From IMG/VR virus record IMGVR_UViG_3300045988_158973, positions 32,001 to 96,000 of that record: DNA of 64,000 bases, one strand, 5' to 3'. A program made the translations under genes and the position numbers. Below are positions 16,795 through 25,941 of the stretch, piece after piece (the first letter of the stretch is position 1; each line of letters starts with the position of its first letter). The DNA is from a virus. The notes under the pieces are model-generated. The model made no database searches, had not been told where the DNA came from, and was given only the letters and a program-made list of their open reading frames with translations.

Positions 16795-17457
16795 CTAAAA
16801 CCCGAACACCGTCAACTGACGAGGTGACAGCTGATAGCGCTCGTTGTCGGAAAGATTGGTTTCAAGGATTTCGCACGCCTTGATGTCGGTAGCCACGTTG
16901 GCGTATTCACGCACCTTGTCGTTGTACTCTTGGCGGCACTTACGCATCTCCGGCGTAACGGGGTTCTCCTGCTCTTCGCCAACGAGCGTACCGGCAATTC
17001 GCGGCGCTTCACAGCAGTCCATGCTTTCCCACGAGAAGATGCGGAACGGGATGTCGACCTTGATGTCGGCCGTCCACCACGGCGGAGTGGTTTCAGTAGG
17101 CGCACCGCCGCACTCTTCCAACTTGCTTTCAAGTTCTGCGGCCAGAACCTGCAATTTAGCGTTCAGCGGCGGAAGAACGTCGGCCTTCAGTTTGGCCTTG
17201 ATTTCCTTACCGAGTTTGCTGAACCTGATGTTGGAATCGTAGCTGATGGCGTTCATGATATCAGCCTTCTGGAGTTCACCTTGGAGAGCCTCCTCGCTGT
17301 TGTCGGACTCAGCCTTTTCGATAGCCTCGGCCATTTTCTCGAAGACGTTGTCGGCCTTTTCAACTTCGTCGCCTTCAGGGATCGGGCCAAAGCCCTTGAG
17401 CATGTGCTCCTGACGCTCGGCGCGAGCGCCTAAAATGATGTCACGAATGTTTTCCAT
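16795..17457 (-). CDS. Acidic hypothetical protein
   Basis: 220 aa. N-terminal ILGARAERQEHMLKGFGPIPEGDEVEKA module shared with the N-terminus of 7624..9687. Confidence 0.5.
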   Translation of the reverse strand: MENIRDIILGARAERQEHMLKGFGPIPEGDEVEKADNVFEKMAEAIEKAESDNSEEALQGELQKADIMNAISYDSNIRFSKLGKEIKAKLKADVLPPLNAKLQVLAAELESKLEECGGAPTETTPPWWTADIKVDIPFRIFSWESMDCCEAPRIAGTLVGEEQENPVTPEMRKCRQEYNDKVREYANVATDIKACEILETNLSDNERYQLSPRQLTVFGF

Positions 17458-17641
17458 CGCTGTTCGATTGTTTAGCGGCCTTGGCAGCCAAATACTTCAC
17501 CCACGCCCAGTGTGCTACCACGCCCGCCACAAACGAGAAGATAGCCACCAGCGTGTGGATCACCTTCGCCTCATGGGCGTATACCACCGCAGCGATCACC
17601 AAGACCACCGCGATAATAAGAATCCACATCCACTTTTTCAT
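17441..17641 (-). CDS. Small two-TM membrane protein (holin-like)
   Basis: 66 aa. WMWILIIAVVLVIAAVVYA and LVAIFSFVAGVVAHWAWV hydrophobic helices, basic C-terminus. Confidence 0.4.
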   Translation of the reverse strand: MKKWMWILIIAVVLVIAAVVYAHEAKVIHTLVAIFSFVAGVVAHWAWVKYLAAKAAKQSNSDGKHS

Positions 17642-17661
17642 AGTATATTATTTTGGTCAAA

Positions 17662-18654
17662 CTACTTTATTAACATTCCGTAGAAGTCTTCAAGCGTGTA
17701 TGCCTTCTTATAGTTGTAGCTGTCCTTCGTGTTGGCCACCTCTTCAGCCATCGCTATGAGTAGTTCTTCCTGCTTGGGGCCGTACACCGACGGTGAAAGC
17801 CACGTTAACTGAATATTGGAGATGATACGACCTATTTCTTCCGTTGAAAGCGCCGTGCCCAAAAATCGCTCAAACTTGGACTGAATCCAAAGCGCCAGTT
17901 TCGTACAGCTGTAGCCTTGGAATACGGTCGGCGACGGCAATCGGCCGTTGAGTTCCGGTTTCAGTGATTCGATAAAACGGTTGAACGCCTTATCGCCAAA
18001 TCCAGCGCGGACCTTGGGTATATTATCCGACTTATCACCCATGAGCACCTTATACAACAACACCTCAAACGCTTCGGTGGTGAGAACCTGAATTTCGGCG
18101 TCCAAGCGCTCATTCCACAACGCCTCCTTGCCTGGAAAGACGTAGAACTTCATGAACTTCGAGTTGTAGTTAAACACCGAAATGGTTGGCGTTATCAGCT
18201 GGCGAATATCGCTGTCGGCGGTGAGAATCACCGTCTCTTCGTCAGGGAGTTCGTCCAACGCAAAGGCCCACATCATAATCAGGTCGTCGCCTTCAGCTCC
18301 CGGTACGCGCGTAACAATCAGCCCGCGTTTACGCAACAGCGCTTCGAATTCACCCAACACTTCAACGAACGCATCACTCCATGGTTCCTTCACGCGCGTG
18401 AGAGCGTACTTGTAGTCGTCGTAAATAGTTCGCCGCCACGAGTGGGAGTCGATGACCACCACAACGCGGTTCACGTCATCGCCAAAGCGCCGCACCGCAG
18501 CGCAAAGGTTCATCACGCACTTACGAATCAGAACTTGACGCTTTTCGCGGTCTTCCAGGACCTCTGTTAGGTCCTGGCCGCGATAGTATGTCGAGAATAC
18601 AGAGAACGACAGGTGGTACAGGAAATTGCCGTCAAATACGAGATTCACTTTCAT
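17662..18654 (-). CDS. FEN-type 5'-3' exonuclease / flap endonuclease (T4 RNase H-like)
   Basis: 330 aa. PIN-domain acidic clusters (LVFDGN, VVVIDSHSWRR, AEGDDLI, LTADSDIRQL) and H3TH motif LMGDKSDNIPKV. Confidence 0.75.
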   Translation of the reverse strand: MKVNLVFDGNFLYHLSFSVFSTYYRGQDLTEVLEDREKRQVLIRKCVMNLCAAVRRFGDDVNRVVVVIDSHSWRRTIYDDYKYALTRVKEPWSDAFVEVLGEFEALLRKRGLIVTRVPGAEGDDLIMMWAFALDELPDEETVILTADSDIRQLITPTISVFNYNSKFMKFYVFPGKEALWNERLDAEIQVLTTEAFEVLLYKVLMGDKSDNIPKVRAGFGDKAFNRFIESLKPELNGRLPSPTVFQGYSCTKLALWIQSKFERFLGTALSTEEIGRIISNIQLTWLSPSVYGPKQEELLIAMAEEVANTKDSYNYKKAYTLEDFYGMLIK

Positions 18655-19478
18655 TGCGCTATACGGTTAGGGTTGGTATTCGAAGCAGCGATACCGCCTC
18701 GCGTTATATTAACCTTGCGGCCGTCTTCGCGCCCCTGCTGCATGGCCTGATAGCTACCAATGTGACCCGGTTTGGAAGCGCGGAGGTCCTTGTAATTTTC
18801 AGCCACATAGTCGTTCAGCTGCTGGTCGTGGCGGAGCACCAGCGCGTTTACCTGCACTTGGGCTTGGAGTTCGCGTTCACGTTCTTCACGCAATTTGTCC
18901 TGAACACCCTTGGCTGCTCCGGCTAAATACGAGCGGAGGAACGTACCGCGGTGCATTTTCTTTTCACCCATAAAGAGACGCATAACCGCCTGACGGTCAT
19001 CCTCACGATATTCTTCGTAACGCTTCAGCGCCAAGCGGTACAACTGCCCTGCCAAGACGTTGAACAGCCATTTCACGACCTCGATATTCTGCGGTTCGCC
19101 AATAACGATGTATTTATGGCGCTTTTCGAAGACCATTTTGCCGTTACGATTAATGCGGTGTGTGTGCTGGCCGCTGACTATCGCGTAGCAGAAGTTGTAC
19201 TTACAAATTCCGTACAGCAGGAGTTGGTCCCAAAAACCGCCACACTTACGCTGCCAGCTGTCGTCGAGTTTCTCTTCCGTTACGTTGGTCTTCGGCTCGT
19301 CGTCAACGGCTGCTTCCAAATCAACCATCGAAAGGTTGTATTGCGTGAGGAGGTTCTGAATTTTGGCAGCGGCGTTCTGGGCTTCTGCTTCAGAGTTGAT
19401 AGCCTTGGCGCCCTCGTAGAGCCGCTGCAGTTTCTTCAGTTTCGAGAGGATCGAGTTGATGTCTTGAGTCTTTTCCAT
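18651..19478 (-). CDS. DUF2786-like domain protein
   Basis: Track ORF trimmed to ATG 19478 (MEKTQD) because 19479..19568 is promoter/leader. KLKKLQRLYEGAKAINSEAEAQNAAAKIQNLLTQYNLSMVDLE resembles the DUF2786 N-terminal helix pair. Confidence 0.45.
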   Translation of the reverse strand: MEKTQDINSILSKLKKLQRLYEGAKAINSEAEAQNAAAKIQNLLTQYNLSMVDLEAAVDDEPKTNVTEEKLDDSWQRKCGGFWDQLLLYGICKYNFCYAIVSGQHTHRINRNGKMVFEKRHKYIVIGEPQNIEVVKWLFNVLAGQLYRLALKRYEEYREDDRQAVMRLFMGEKKMHRGTFLRSYLAGAAKGVQDKLREERERELQAQVQVNALVLRHDQQLNDYVAENYKDLRASKPGHIGSYQAMQQGREDGRKVNITRGGIAASNTNPNRIAQ

Positions 19479-19509
19479 AACCAATTTTGTTTTACGATTT
19501 CTTTTCCAA

Positions 19510-19550
19510 GAGCGAAGGTACGGCGAAAATGCGAATTCTCCAAGAGAATC
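19510..19550 (-). promoter_or_regulatory. Conserved Bacteroidota-type promoter, copy ii
   Basis: Minus strand CTCTTGGAGAATTCGCATTTTCGCCGTACCTTCGCTCTTGG: TTG, 20 nt, TACCTTCG. Confidence 0.55.
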
Positions 19551-19561
19551 ACGAAAATTTT

Positions 19562-19849
19562 TCAACAATCCATCACCAAATTACCTTCACACTCCAAGGC
19601 ATACAACCGTTCAGCGTCTGGTTTGGCGTAACAGAATATCAATTTACCGCCGCCAGCGGCTTGTAGTGCCTTACGGTATGCAACCTTGATACGCTGAAAG
19701 GTTTCACTCCTGTAAAAGTCGTAGTCGCTGACGCATATCTCCCACCACCGTTCTTGGCGTGACGCCCAGGAAATTACTCCTGGGCGTTCGGCTTCGATTC
19801 GCTTTACAGCGGCCAACATCAACGAACCGTGTCGGCGATCTGGTTTCAT
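19562..19849 (-). CDS. Hypothetical protein
   Basis: 95-aa ORF. 4-nt overlap with the upstream gene. Confidence 0.45.
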   Translation of the reverse strand: MKPDRRHGSLMLAAVKRIEAERPGVISWASRQERWWEICVSDYDFYRSETFQRIKVAYRKALQAAGGGKLIFCYAKPDAERLYALECEGNLVMDC

Positions 19850-20433
19850 AACGTTTCGTCGAGGTTTTGAGCCAGTTCAGCCAACAGTTTCACGTGTACA
19901 CGCTCGTCAGCAATAATCTTGTTAATCAACTGAACGGCCAACGTAGAAGTCACGGTCGGCGTAGGGTTGCTGGATTGAATGCGCTGGATGAGTTTCTCGT
20001 ACGAAGTGATGGTGTCTTGCTCGGCGCGGAGGTTGATCATCACCGCTTCGATGGGACTTTCGGTCGTAATGTTCACTTTGGCTGCCGAAAACACGGGCTT
20101 CGATACGGCGTGACCCAGATGAGCGATGAAGTCGCCTAAACGATCGTAGTGCTTCATTTCGGTCAGCGCGATTCCCAAGAACGTTTCGCCAATCTGGTCG
20201 AAAAGCATTCGCTGCTGCGTGTACTGGAGAATGGCCGTGAGTTCCGACGTCTCGTTGATGCCGGCGTATGCCTTGTAGAACCACTCGGCCGGAACGCCAT
20301 CGTCGGCTTTGGCCTTGGAAATATCCGGATAATCGACTACATGGTCGGCGAAGCGCATCGACTCTACCATGGCGTCAGCCATCGCTTCGACGTTATCCTG
20401 TTTGGCAGGATTGTGTAAGAGTATCGTTTTCAT
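19846..20433 (-). CDS. Ferritin-like diiron-carboxylate four-helix-bundle protein
   Basis: 195 aa. E / ExxH / E / ExxH pattern: SELTAILQY, LTEMKHYDRL, SYEKLIQ, ADERVHVKLL. Confidence 0.5.
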   Translation of the reverse strand: MKTILLHNPAKQDNVEAMADAMVESMRFADHVVDYPDISKAKADDGVPAEWFYKAYAGINETSELTAILQYTQQRMLFDQIGETFLGIALTEMKHYDRLGDFIAHLGHAVSKPVFSAAKVNITTESPIEAVMINLRAEQDTITSYEKLIQRIQSSNPTPTVTSTLAVQLINKIIADERVHVKLLAELAQNLDETL

Positions 20434-20445
20434 GAGTTACGAGTA

Positions 20446-21126
20446 TTAATATCCACCGTCCGTGGTGTGACCGTCGTTATCGATACGTTTCCAGTAGCCG
20501 CAGTCCTCGCACTGGTAAAGAACCGTGTCGTCTAAGTCCTTCGTTACCGACATCGGCGAGCCGCAGCGCGGGCACGGTTTCACGTCTTCGTCCCACACGG
20601 CACGCGGTGTTTCCTTTTTGACCGTTGACCCGAAACCACCCGTGTCGCGCTTCGACGGAGTGAGTTCTTCAACCCAACCGGACTCAATTTGGGGCGCAGG
20701 CACGATGACCAGCTGGGCTACGACATCACCGACGGCGAACGCCTTGGAATGTATCGGGCGGGGATTGACACAGAGTTTTCCGACTCCGTGACTATACGTC
20801 TGTAGTTTACCGGCAATCTTCTGCCACAGCGTCGGTGCGTGGAAGACGTTTTTGTAGCGAGCGCGCATCGTACCACGATACCCCGGATCGATCACCCCCG
20901 GCGCGTTACACATCACCAGGTCCTTTTTCGAACAGCGCGAATTGGGGACCAAAAAGCCGCAGTACCCCTTGGGTATTTCAACGGCCACGCCAGTGTCGTA
21001 TTCGATGTAGTCTTCGGTTTCCTCGATCGACACAGCCACGAGGTCCAGTCCGTTGTCTTCGCCGTCGGGGTGAGCGTATGTCGGGAGAACAGCGTTGGGG
21101 TGTACTTTCTTGAATTTTACGTTCAT
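20446..21126 (-). CDS. dut: Trimeric dUTPase with internal insertion and C-terminal zinc ribbon
   Basis: 226 aa. dUTPase motifs NGLDLVA, GVIDPGYRGTMRA, VAQLVIVP, KRDTGGFGST. Extra segment VFHAPTLWQKIAGKLQTYSHGVGKL. C-terminal CPRCGSPM...YQCEDCGYW. Confidence 0.8.
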   Translation of the reverse strand: MNVKFKKVHPNAVLPTYAHPDGEDNGLDLVAVSIEETEDYIEYDTGVAVEIPKGYCGFLVPNSRCSKKDLVMCNAPGVIDPGYRGTMRARYKNVFHAPTLWQKIAGKLQTYSHGVGKLCVNPRPIHSKAFAVGDVVAQLVIVPAPQIESGWVEELTPSKRDTGGFGSTVKKETPRAVWDEDVKPCPRCGSPMSVTKDLDDTVLYQCEDCGYWKRIDNDGHTTDGGY

Positions 21127-21938
21127 TTCTTGTATCCTTTTAAGTGTATTTTGACTTCGATCATTTCACGATCCTTCATTTCGCCACCCCAGTTGGTGCA
21201 CCGCTTGGTACGAAGGGTGATATACTCGGGGAACGCTTCTCTTAAACGTTGTGACTCGGCATTGGAGTTCTCGATAGTTCGATACACGGAGCAACCGCCA
21301 GCGGCGTTGGCTCCTGTCATTTTATCGAACGAATACTGGTACGAAACCACGTTATCCAATCCCGCACGGCGTAAGCCACACGCCACCGCAAAATCTTCCT
21401 TGATGGGCCACTCGCTGAATCTCACAGGCTGGCTCAGATACTGCTCGATGTTCAGCCCCCAAATGGAGAAGAACCGCCCGTTGATCTGTACGTCGTGTTC
21501 CTTATCGCGGTTGAAAGGACGGTACGAAAGCGCCGCCACGGCATAGGTGTCCAGCTGTTCAGCCACCCAGTCGAACATCATCGAGTAGATATATTCTTGA
21601 GCCTCGACGGTGAAATTGTCGTTGTTTATGACTACAGGGGTCTTGGCATCGTCTAAACGTAGCGAGAAAGACACGTTATCGTCTAAAAAGAAGACTCCGC
21701 CAAATCCCCGATTTTGGGCCTCTACAACAATGTAGTCGCGTATATCCCCCACGCCGCGACACGCCGTGCTGTATTCCTCGATGCCGCCAACCTTACCGCC
21801 CCAGTTACGGCGATGAACCGCCAATTCGCCGGGGTGACAGAATACGGTCACGCGCCGACGCGCTTCAGGAGTGAGACGTTGAAGGGTTTTCTGACGGTCA
21901 ACACGACCACGAGTGAATAGTGCTATCAGAGTTTTCAT
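21123..21938 (-). CDS. GT-A-like glycosyltransferase, paralog of 2918..3727
   Basis: 271 aa. VFFLDDNVSF acidic motif. Collinear similarity to 2918..3727 (see that entry). Confidence 0.45.
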   Translation of the reverse strand: MKTLIALFTRGRVDRQKTLQRLTPEARRRVTVFCHPGELAVHRRNWGGKVGGIEEYSTACRGVGDIRDYIVVEAQNRGFGGVFFLDDNVSFSLRLDDAKTPVVINNDNFTVEAQEYIYSMMFDWVAEQLDTYAVAALSYRPFNRDKEHDVQINGRFFSIWGLNIEQYLSQPVRFSEWPIKEDFAVACGLRRAGLDNVVSYQYSFDKMTGANAAGGCSVYRTIENSNAESQRLREAFPEYITLRTKRCTNWGGEMKDREMIEVKIHLKGYKK

Positions 21939-21957
21939 ATCACTTAAAACGATGGCG

Positions 21958-24675
21958 CTAACCTAACATATCAAACTTAAAGCCCGTAGTCATACGCGAA
22001 GCAGCCAAGTCGGCCAACCAGAACGACGACGAAATATCGTCGTGACTGCCCACGCTCTCCAATCCTTTTTCGGTGAAAGCCACTGAACCGAGGTCTTGGA
22101 AAATGAGGTCCTTGACCTGTTGTGAGTATACGTTACCCACGGGGATATGTATCTTACCGCGTTCAAAGAGCGTCGAAAGGTGCGGCCAACCAGTTTTCAG
22201 GTCGTATTTATCAATACCCGTAGTGTGGCCGATAACAGGCATACCTTCAGTGTCGGCGGCTTCAACGAATATCTGTTGGAAGGTGTTATTCTCCATCACG
22301 ATCAGATCTGGACGGAAACGGGAATTGATACGGCGCAGAACGTTCATCTGCTCGAAGAACTTCACGCCCTTTTCACGGTACAGGTGTAACAGCCAACGCT
22401 CGTCAGTCAATTCGTCAATTCCCCACACGCTGAATACGGCGTAGTCGGCGCCGACGTTGGCTGAAATGGCGAAGTCGCACCCAACGACCACCTTGGAGAA
22501 TTTAACAGGGAACTCTTCACGTGAATCCACCAACGTGTAGTTCTCCATTCGTAGCAACGCGCGTGTAAGAATTTCCATCGGGAATATAGACGACTCGTTA
22601 GTGATCGGGCGGCAAAGGTTCTCGCGCGAGAAGATGATCGATCCTTGGGTCTCCTTTTTGTCCATCAGGTCCTTAAACGACCACCGTTGAGGCCAAAGAA
22701 TTCGTCCGTCAGGGAAGATAGCTGGGTATTCAATCACAAACCAGCCGTTCTTCGTCTTCAAGTCGCCGTAAAGGTCTTCGGCGTGGAACGGCGTACCAAC
22801 AACGATAATCTGGCCGCCGGGGACGAGCATATTCATAATCACCGAGTGGAAATAGTCGGTGGACTTATTTCGTTGGAGACTGGAGTAGATGACGTTGTCC
22901 TTCAGGCCGTCGTCAACGATAATCCAGTACGGGTGAGCACCGCGCACCGACGATCCAAAGCCCTTACCCGTCAAACGCGCTCCGTTGCGGCACACGATAT
23001 TGGTAGCTGACCAGTTGTTGGCCGTTGACTGGGGGAACAGCCGCTCTTTCAGAATCTCGTTTTCTTCGATGGTTCCTTTCAGAATCTCCAAAAGGTCAAC
23101 GCTCTGCTGTAGCGAGAACGAAAATAAGAATCCGCGGTTTGACGACGCCACGGTTGGACGCTTTGAATAACGAGTTGTTGAGGGACGTTTGTAACGGTAT
23201 AGCTGCCACGCGGCGTAGGCGTTGGAGAAATAGAACGAGTTGTGAGTCACCGTACCATCACCCAACACGAAGCGGTGGTCGCCGTCGGTGGTGATAGACA
23301 CATACTCGCCTTCGCCAACGGGCGTAATTTTCAACGACGATACCACGCTGGGGTGTATACCGTTGATCGTGCCCCATTTTTTGTGTGACGTCTTTGAGGC
23401 CCAGTCGGTGACGACTTTCTTACGAGCGATCTTTACCGGAATACGGTCCAGTTCGCCAGAAATAGTCACGACCCACGACGCATAGTCACGACCCAACGCT
23501 TTACAATACCGCGTTCCGCCACCTAATCGTGTACAGAAACCGAGGCTATCAGCCAAATTCTTCACATCACGCGCCAGCTGGTGGTTCGTGTTGCTGAAAT
23601 GATAGCCGCCCTGCCAATAGTTACCGTCGGAGTCTATCAACCCTGCCAACACCTGGAGACGAACGTCTTCGCTGTTGACGAGGTATTGGTCGGGAATGTG
23701 TTTGTTGAAAAGTAGGTTGTAACCCTTTAGCATCCTTTCCAGCGGGTTACGCTTACCGCGTCCACGGGTGTCAATTCCAATCGTCACCGTCATACCCTGC
23801 TCGCCATAGTGAAGTCCTAAACGCTCGGCGTAACCGCGTAAATACTCCGCAACTTCAGGGTCGGCGGTGGTGATCTTTTGGTTGTTGGAATTTCCGTCAC
23901 CTAACCAGTACCCCAAGAAATACGGTTCCAGCCCTACAGGTCGCGCTGGATATTTCACCGCCACCTTGAAGCCGCGATAACGCTCTCTTACCCAGTTTGG
24001 GGCTTTACTCAACAGCGTTGGTATATCAACGTCAACGATTCGTTTACAGCAGCGCTCAACGCTTCCGTCGCGTCCTTTTTCGATTAGCGTACAAATGTGA
24101 CGCGAATTGACGGTGTAGCTATCACCGCGCGACTGGTCGATACGGTACATAATCGAATCATGACCGCGGTGCGTAGCAACCACGCGACGCGGTTTAGAAT
24201 CAACACCCATCAACAGGTCTCCAACGACAACGTCTTCGACCTTTTTGATAGTTCCATCGTACATTCTTACGGGAGTGCCAACGGCTTCGCATTTTCCGTG
24301 GTCACGCGCAGCGTTGATACACAGTTTCTTGTACTGGTGTACCAACTCACCCCACTCCAAGTGGTGCCACGACAGTTGGAAGTCTGGTATTACAGAGGTG
24401 ATGAAATACGTCAAATTGGCGCACCTCAAGGTGTCTTCCACCACGGCAGCGACGTTCTCTTCATAGCGGGGCTTAAAATCGATCGACACGTCGCCAGTAT
24501 ACATAATCCGGTACGTGTCTTCCATCAAGGCGTCGAATATCGTATCAACGTCGTGTATATCGCCGCTCATCATTTCATTCAGACCCCGCTCGTCCATACC
24601 CTCGATAATTTCATCAACGAGGTCCAAACAAGCCAAGCGGTGTGTCACCGAGGGAGCTGTAATTTCAGGCATCAT
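21958..24675 (-). CDS. terL: Terminase large subunit, interrupted by an intein
   Basis: 905 aa. Walker A is reconstituted as AARDHGK|SFYF after intein removal. RNase H-like nuclease region VVGCDFAISANVGADYAVFSVWG. Extein length ~554 aa. Confidence 0.8.
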   Translation of the reverse strand: MMPEITAPSVTHRLACLDLVDEIIEGMDERGLNEMMSGDIHDVDTIFDALMEDTYRIMYTGDVSIDFKPRYEENVAAVVEDTLRCANLTYFITSVIPDFQLSWHHLEWGELVHQYKKLCINAARDHGKCEAVGTPVRMYDGTIKKVEDVVVGDLLMGVDSKPRRVVATHRGHDSIMYRIDQSRGDSYTVNSRHICTLIEKGRDGSVERCCKRIVDVDIPTLLSKAPNWVRERYRGFKVAVKYPARPVGLEPYFLGYWLGDGNSNNQKITTADPEVAEYLRGYAERLGLHYGEQGMTVTIGIDTRGRGKRNPLERMLKGYNLLFNKHIPDQYLVNSEDVRLQVLAGLIDSDGNYWQGGYHFSNTNHQLARDVKNLADSLGFCTRLGGGTRYCKALGRDYASWVVTISGELDRIPVKIARKKVVTDWASKTSHKKWGTINGIHPSVVSSLKITPVGEGEYVSITTDGDHRFVLGDGTVTHNSFYFSNAYAAWQLYRYKRPSTTRYSKRPTVASSNRGFLFSFSLQQSVDLLEILKGTIEENEILKERLFPQSTANNWSATNIVCRNGARLTGKGFGSSVRGAHPYWIIVDDGLKDNVIYSSLQRNKSTDYFHSVIMNMLVPGGQIIVVGTPFHAEDLYGDLKTKNGWFVIEYPAIFPDGRILWPQRWSFKDLMDKKETQGSIIFSRENLCRPITNESSIFPMEILTRALLRMENYTLVDSREEFPVKFSKVVVGCDFAISANVGADYAVFSVWGIDELTDERWLLHLYREKGVKFFEQMNVLRRINSRFRPDLIVMENNTFQQIFVEAADTEGMPVIGHTTGIDKYDLKTGWPHLSTLFERGKIHIPVGNVYSQQVKDLIFQDLGSVAFTEKGLESVGSHDDISSSFWLADLAASRMTTGFKFDMLG
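23239..24291 (-). mobile_element. Intein (351 aa) with LAGLIDADG homing endonuclease, inserted in the TerL P-loop
   Basis: Begins with Cys129 (DHGK|CEAVGTPVRMYDG) and ends VTHN479|S480. LAGLIDADG blocks LGYWLGDGNS and LAGLIDSDGN. Codons checked: TGC at 24291..24289, AAC at 23241..23239, TCG +1. Confidence 0.85.
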
Positions 24676-24698
24676 ACGTCAAGGCATTTTAATAGCAA

Positions 24699-24729
24699 CA
24701 CCCAAAGGGACTGAAAATCCCTCCGGGTG
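24699..24729 (-). other. 12-bp stem-loop between a wHTH gene and terL
   Basis: Minus strand CACCCGGAGGGA-TTTTCAG-TCCCTTTGGGTG (two G-U pairs). The weak U tract after it means it is not a clear terminator. Confidence 0.35.
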
Positions 24730-24751
24730 TTACCGCGTCACACAACAAAAC

Positions 24752-25228
24752 TCATCTCTTCAACTTCAGCGCCGTACTCAAATATCGTTCCATTTCCAGT
24801 GTCTCACGCTCGTATACGTCCTTGGGGTAATCCTTCAGGAGCAGGCTGTTGTAGCTTTCGATGGTGCTGCCCAGCAGGGTGGTCAGCTGCATGATTTTGG
24901 CCTTATGGACCGCTGCGCGGTCATCGGCGTTGAAGGTGAAGCGAAATTTAGTCTTGTTGGTATCGAGAAATGCGACGTAACCGAACGTCGCCAGCGTTTC
25001 GAGTAGGTCCAACGCTTTACGGTGCGACAGCGTTGTCTTTTTAACAACCCCTGTACGAGTGAACTGCCGCTGGGCTATCATCTCGCGCTCCAAGTTGTCG
25101 AGGCCCAAAATACGGAGCAATTCCAACGCTTTAGAAAACGCCAAGCGGCGATTTTCGTCCTGTTCGGTGAACTTCTTTGTCGCTTCTACCTCCTCGGGCG
25201 TTTGAGCGACACGTGTGTTATCTGCCAT
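24752..25228 (-). CDS. Winged-helix-like protein immediately upstream of terL (possible small terminase; position only)
   Basis: 158-aa ORF. LSHRKALDLLETLATFGYVAFLD resembles a wHTH recognition helix plus wing. Confidence 0.3.
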   Translation of the reverse strand: MADNTRVAQTPEEVEATKKFTEQDENRRLAFSKALELLRILGLDNLEREMIAQRQFTRTGVVKKTTLSHRKALDLLETLATFGYVAFLDTNKTKFRFTFNADDRAAVHKAKIMQLTTLLGSTIESYNSLLLKDYPKDVYERETLEMERYLSTALKLKR

Positions 25229-25907
25229 TTTGTTTTACGGTTTCTCGTTTTATAGTTGGAAACAACTCGCCGTGAAAGCGAATCATCGTCCGCTGAAGGT
25301 GAGCAAATATGTCTTCCGGTTGGGTGAATAAATCACGCAGCGGAACGTCGTTAGTGTACACCAAGTCGTCTTCATCAGACAGGCGATATGCCAAGTTGAA
25401 CGTATAGCGGCCGTTGGTAATATCACGCATAATGCCGATAATCTTGACCTCCACCACCTGAACCGGCCCGCAGTCGGCGTGAAGTATATATCGTGAATCA
25501 CCAATATTAGGCAGCAGTTTGCCCTCAAAACGTTTGACATTTCCGTTCTGGTTGACGTCACGCGGGGGGGTTACACGTTTAGGACGACCGTCGGTACGGC
25601 GAGCAGCGTTATACGAGCAAAGGGCTTCATACACCTTTTCAGCCAACTTATCAAGATCAGGAGTCACACAAGCCCGCGACTGATAACGGTAACGCACCCC
25701 TGTTCCAACGCTTTCACGCTCGATGAGTCCGTTTTTCGTCAACACGTCGAAAAGCGGCGGTGTGTATTTCTTGTTGACGCCGTTGGCGGCTAATATGGCG
25801 CTGAATGACGCGCCGGGTTCCCTCACACTTACCCACTTATCGCGGGAACGCTCAAAGATTTCAGCGATTGACGCCTTAATGCCTTTAATGAATTGTTGCT
25901 TGTCCAT
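25218..25907 (-). CDS. Hypothetical DNA-binding-like protein
   Basis: Track ORF trimmed to ATG 25907 (MDKQQF), since 25908..25957 is intergenic and carries the CCAACGTTAT motif. wHTH-like FSAILAANGVNKKYTPPLFDVLTKNGLIERE. Confidence 0.45.
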   Translation of the reverse strand: MDKQQFIKGIKASIAEIFERSRDKWVSVREPGASFSAILAANGVNKKYTPPLFDVLTKNGLIERESVGTGVRYRYQSRACVTPDLDKLAEKVYEALCSYNAARRTDGRPKRVTPPRDVNQNGNVKRFEGKLLPNIGDSRYILHADCGPVQVVEVKIIGIMRDITNGRYTFNLAYRLSDEDDLVYTNDVPLRDLFTQPEDIFAHLQRTMIRFHGELFPTIKRETVKQNGR

Positions 25908-25941
25908 TTTCGTTATACGGTTTTGTTGTTTGACGTACTGT

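Noticed and set aside
24699-24729. Stem-loop before terL as an intrinsic terminator
   Set aside because: The stem is good (12 bp), but the downstream sequence UUGCUAUUAAAA is a poor U tract and terL must be expressed. It is kept only as a possible regulatory or processing hairpin.
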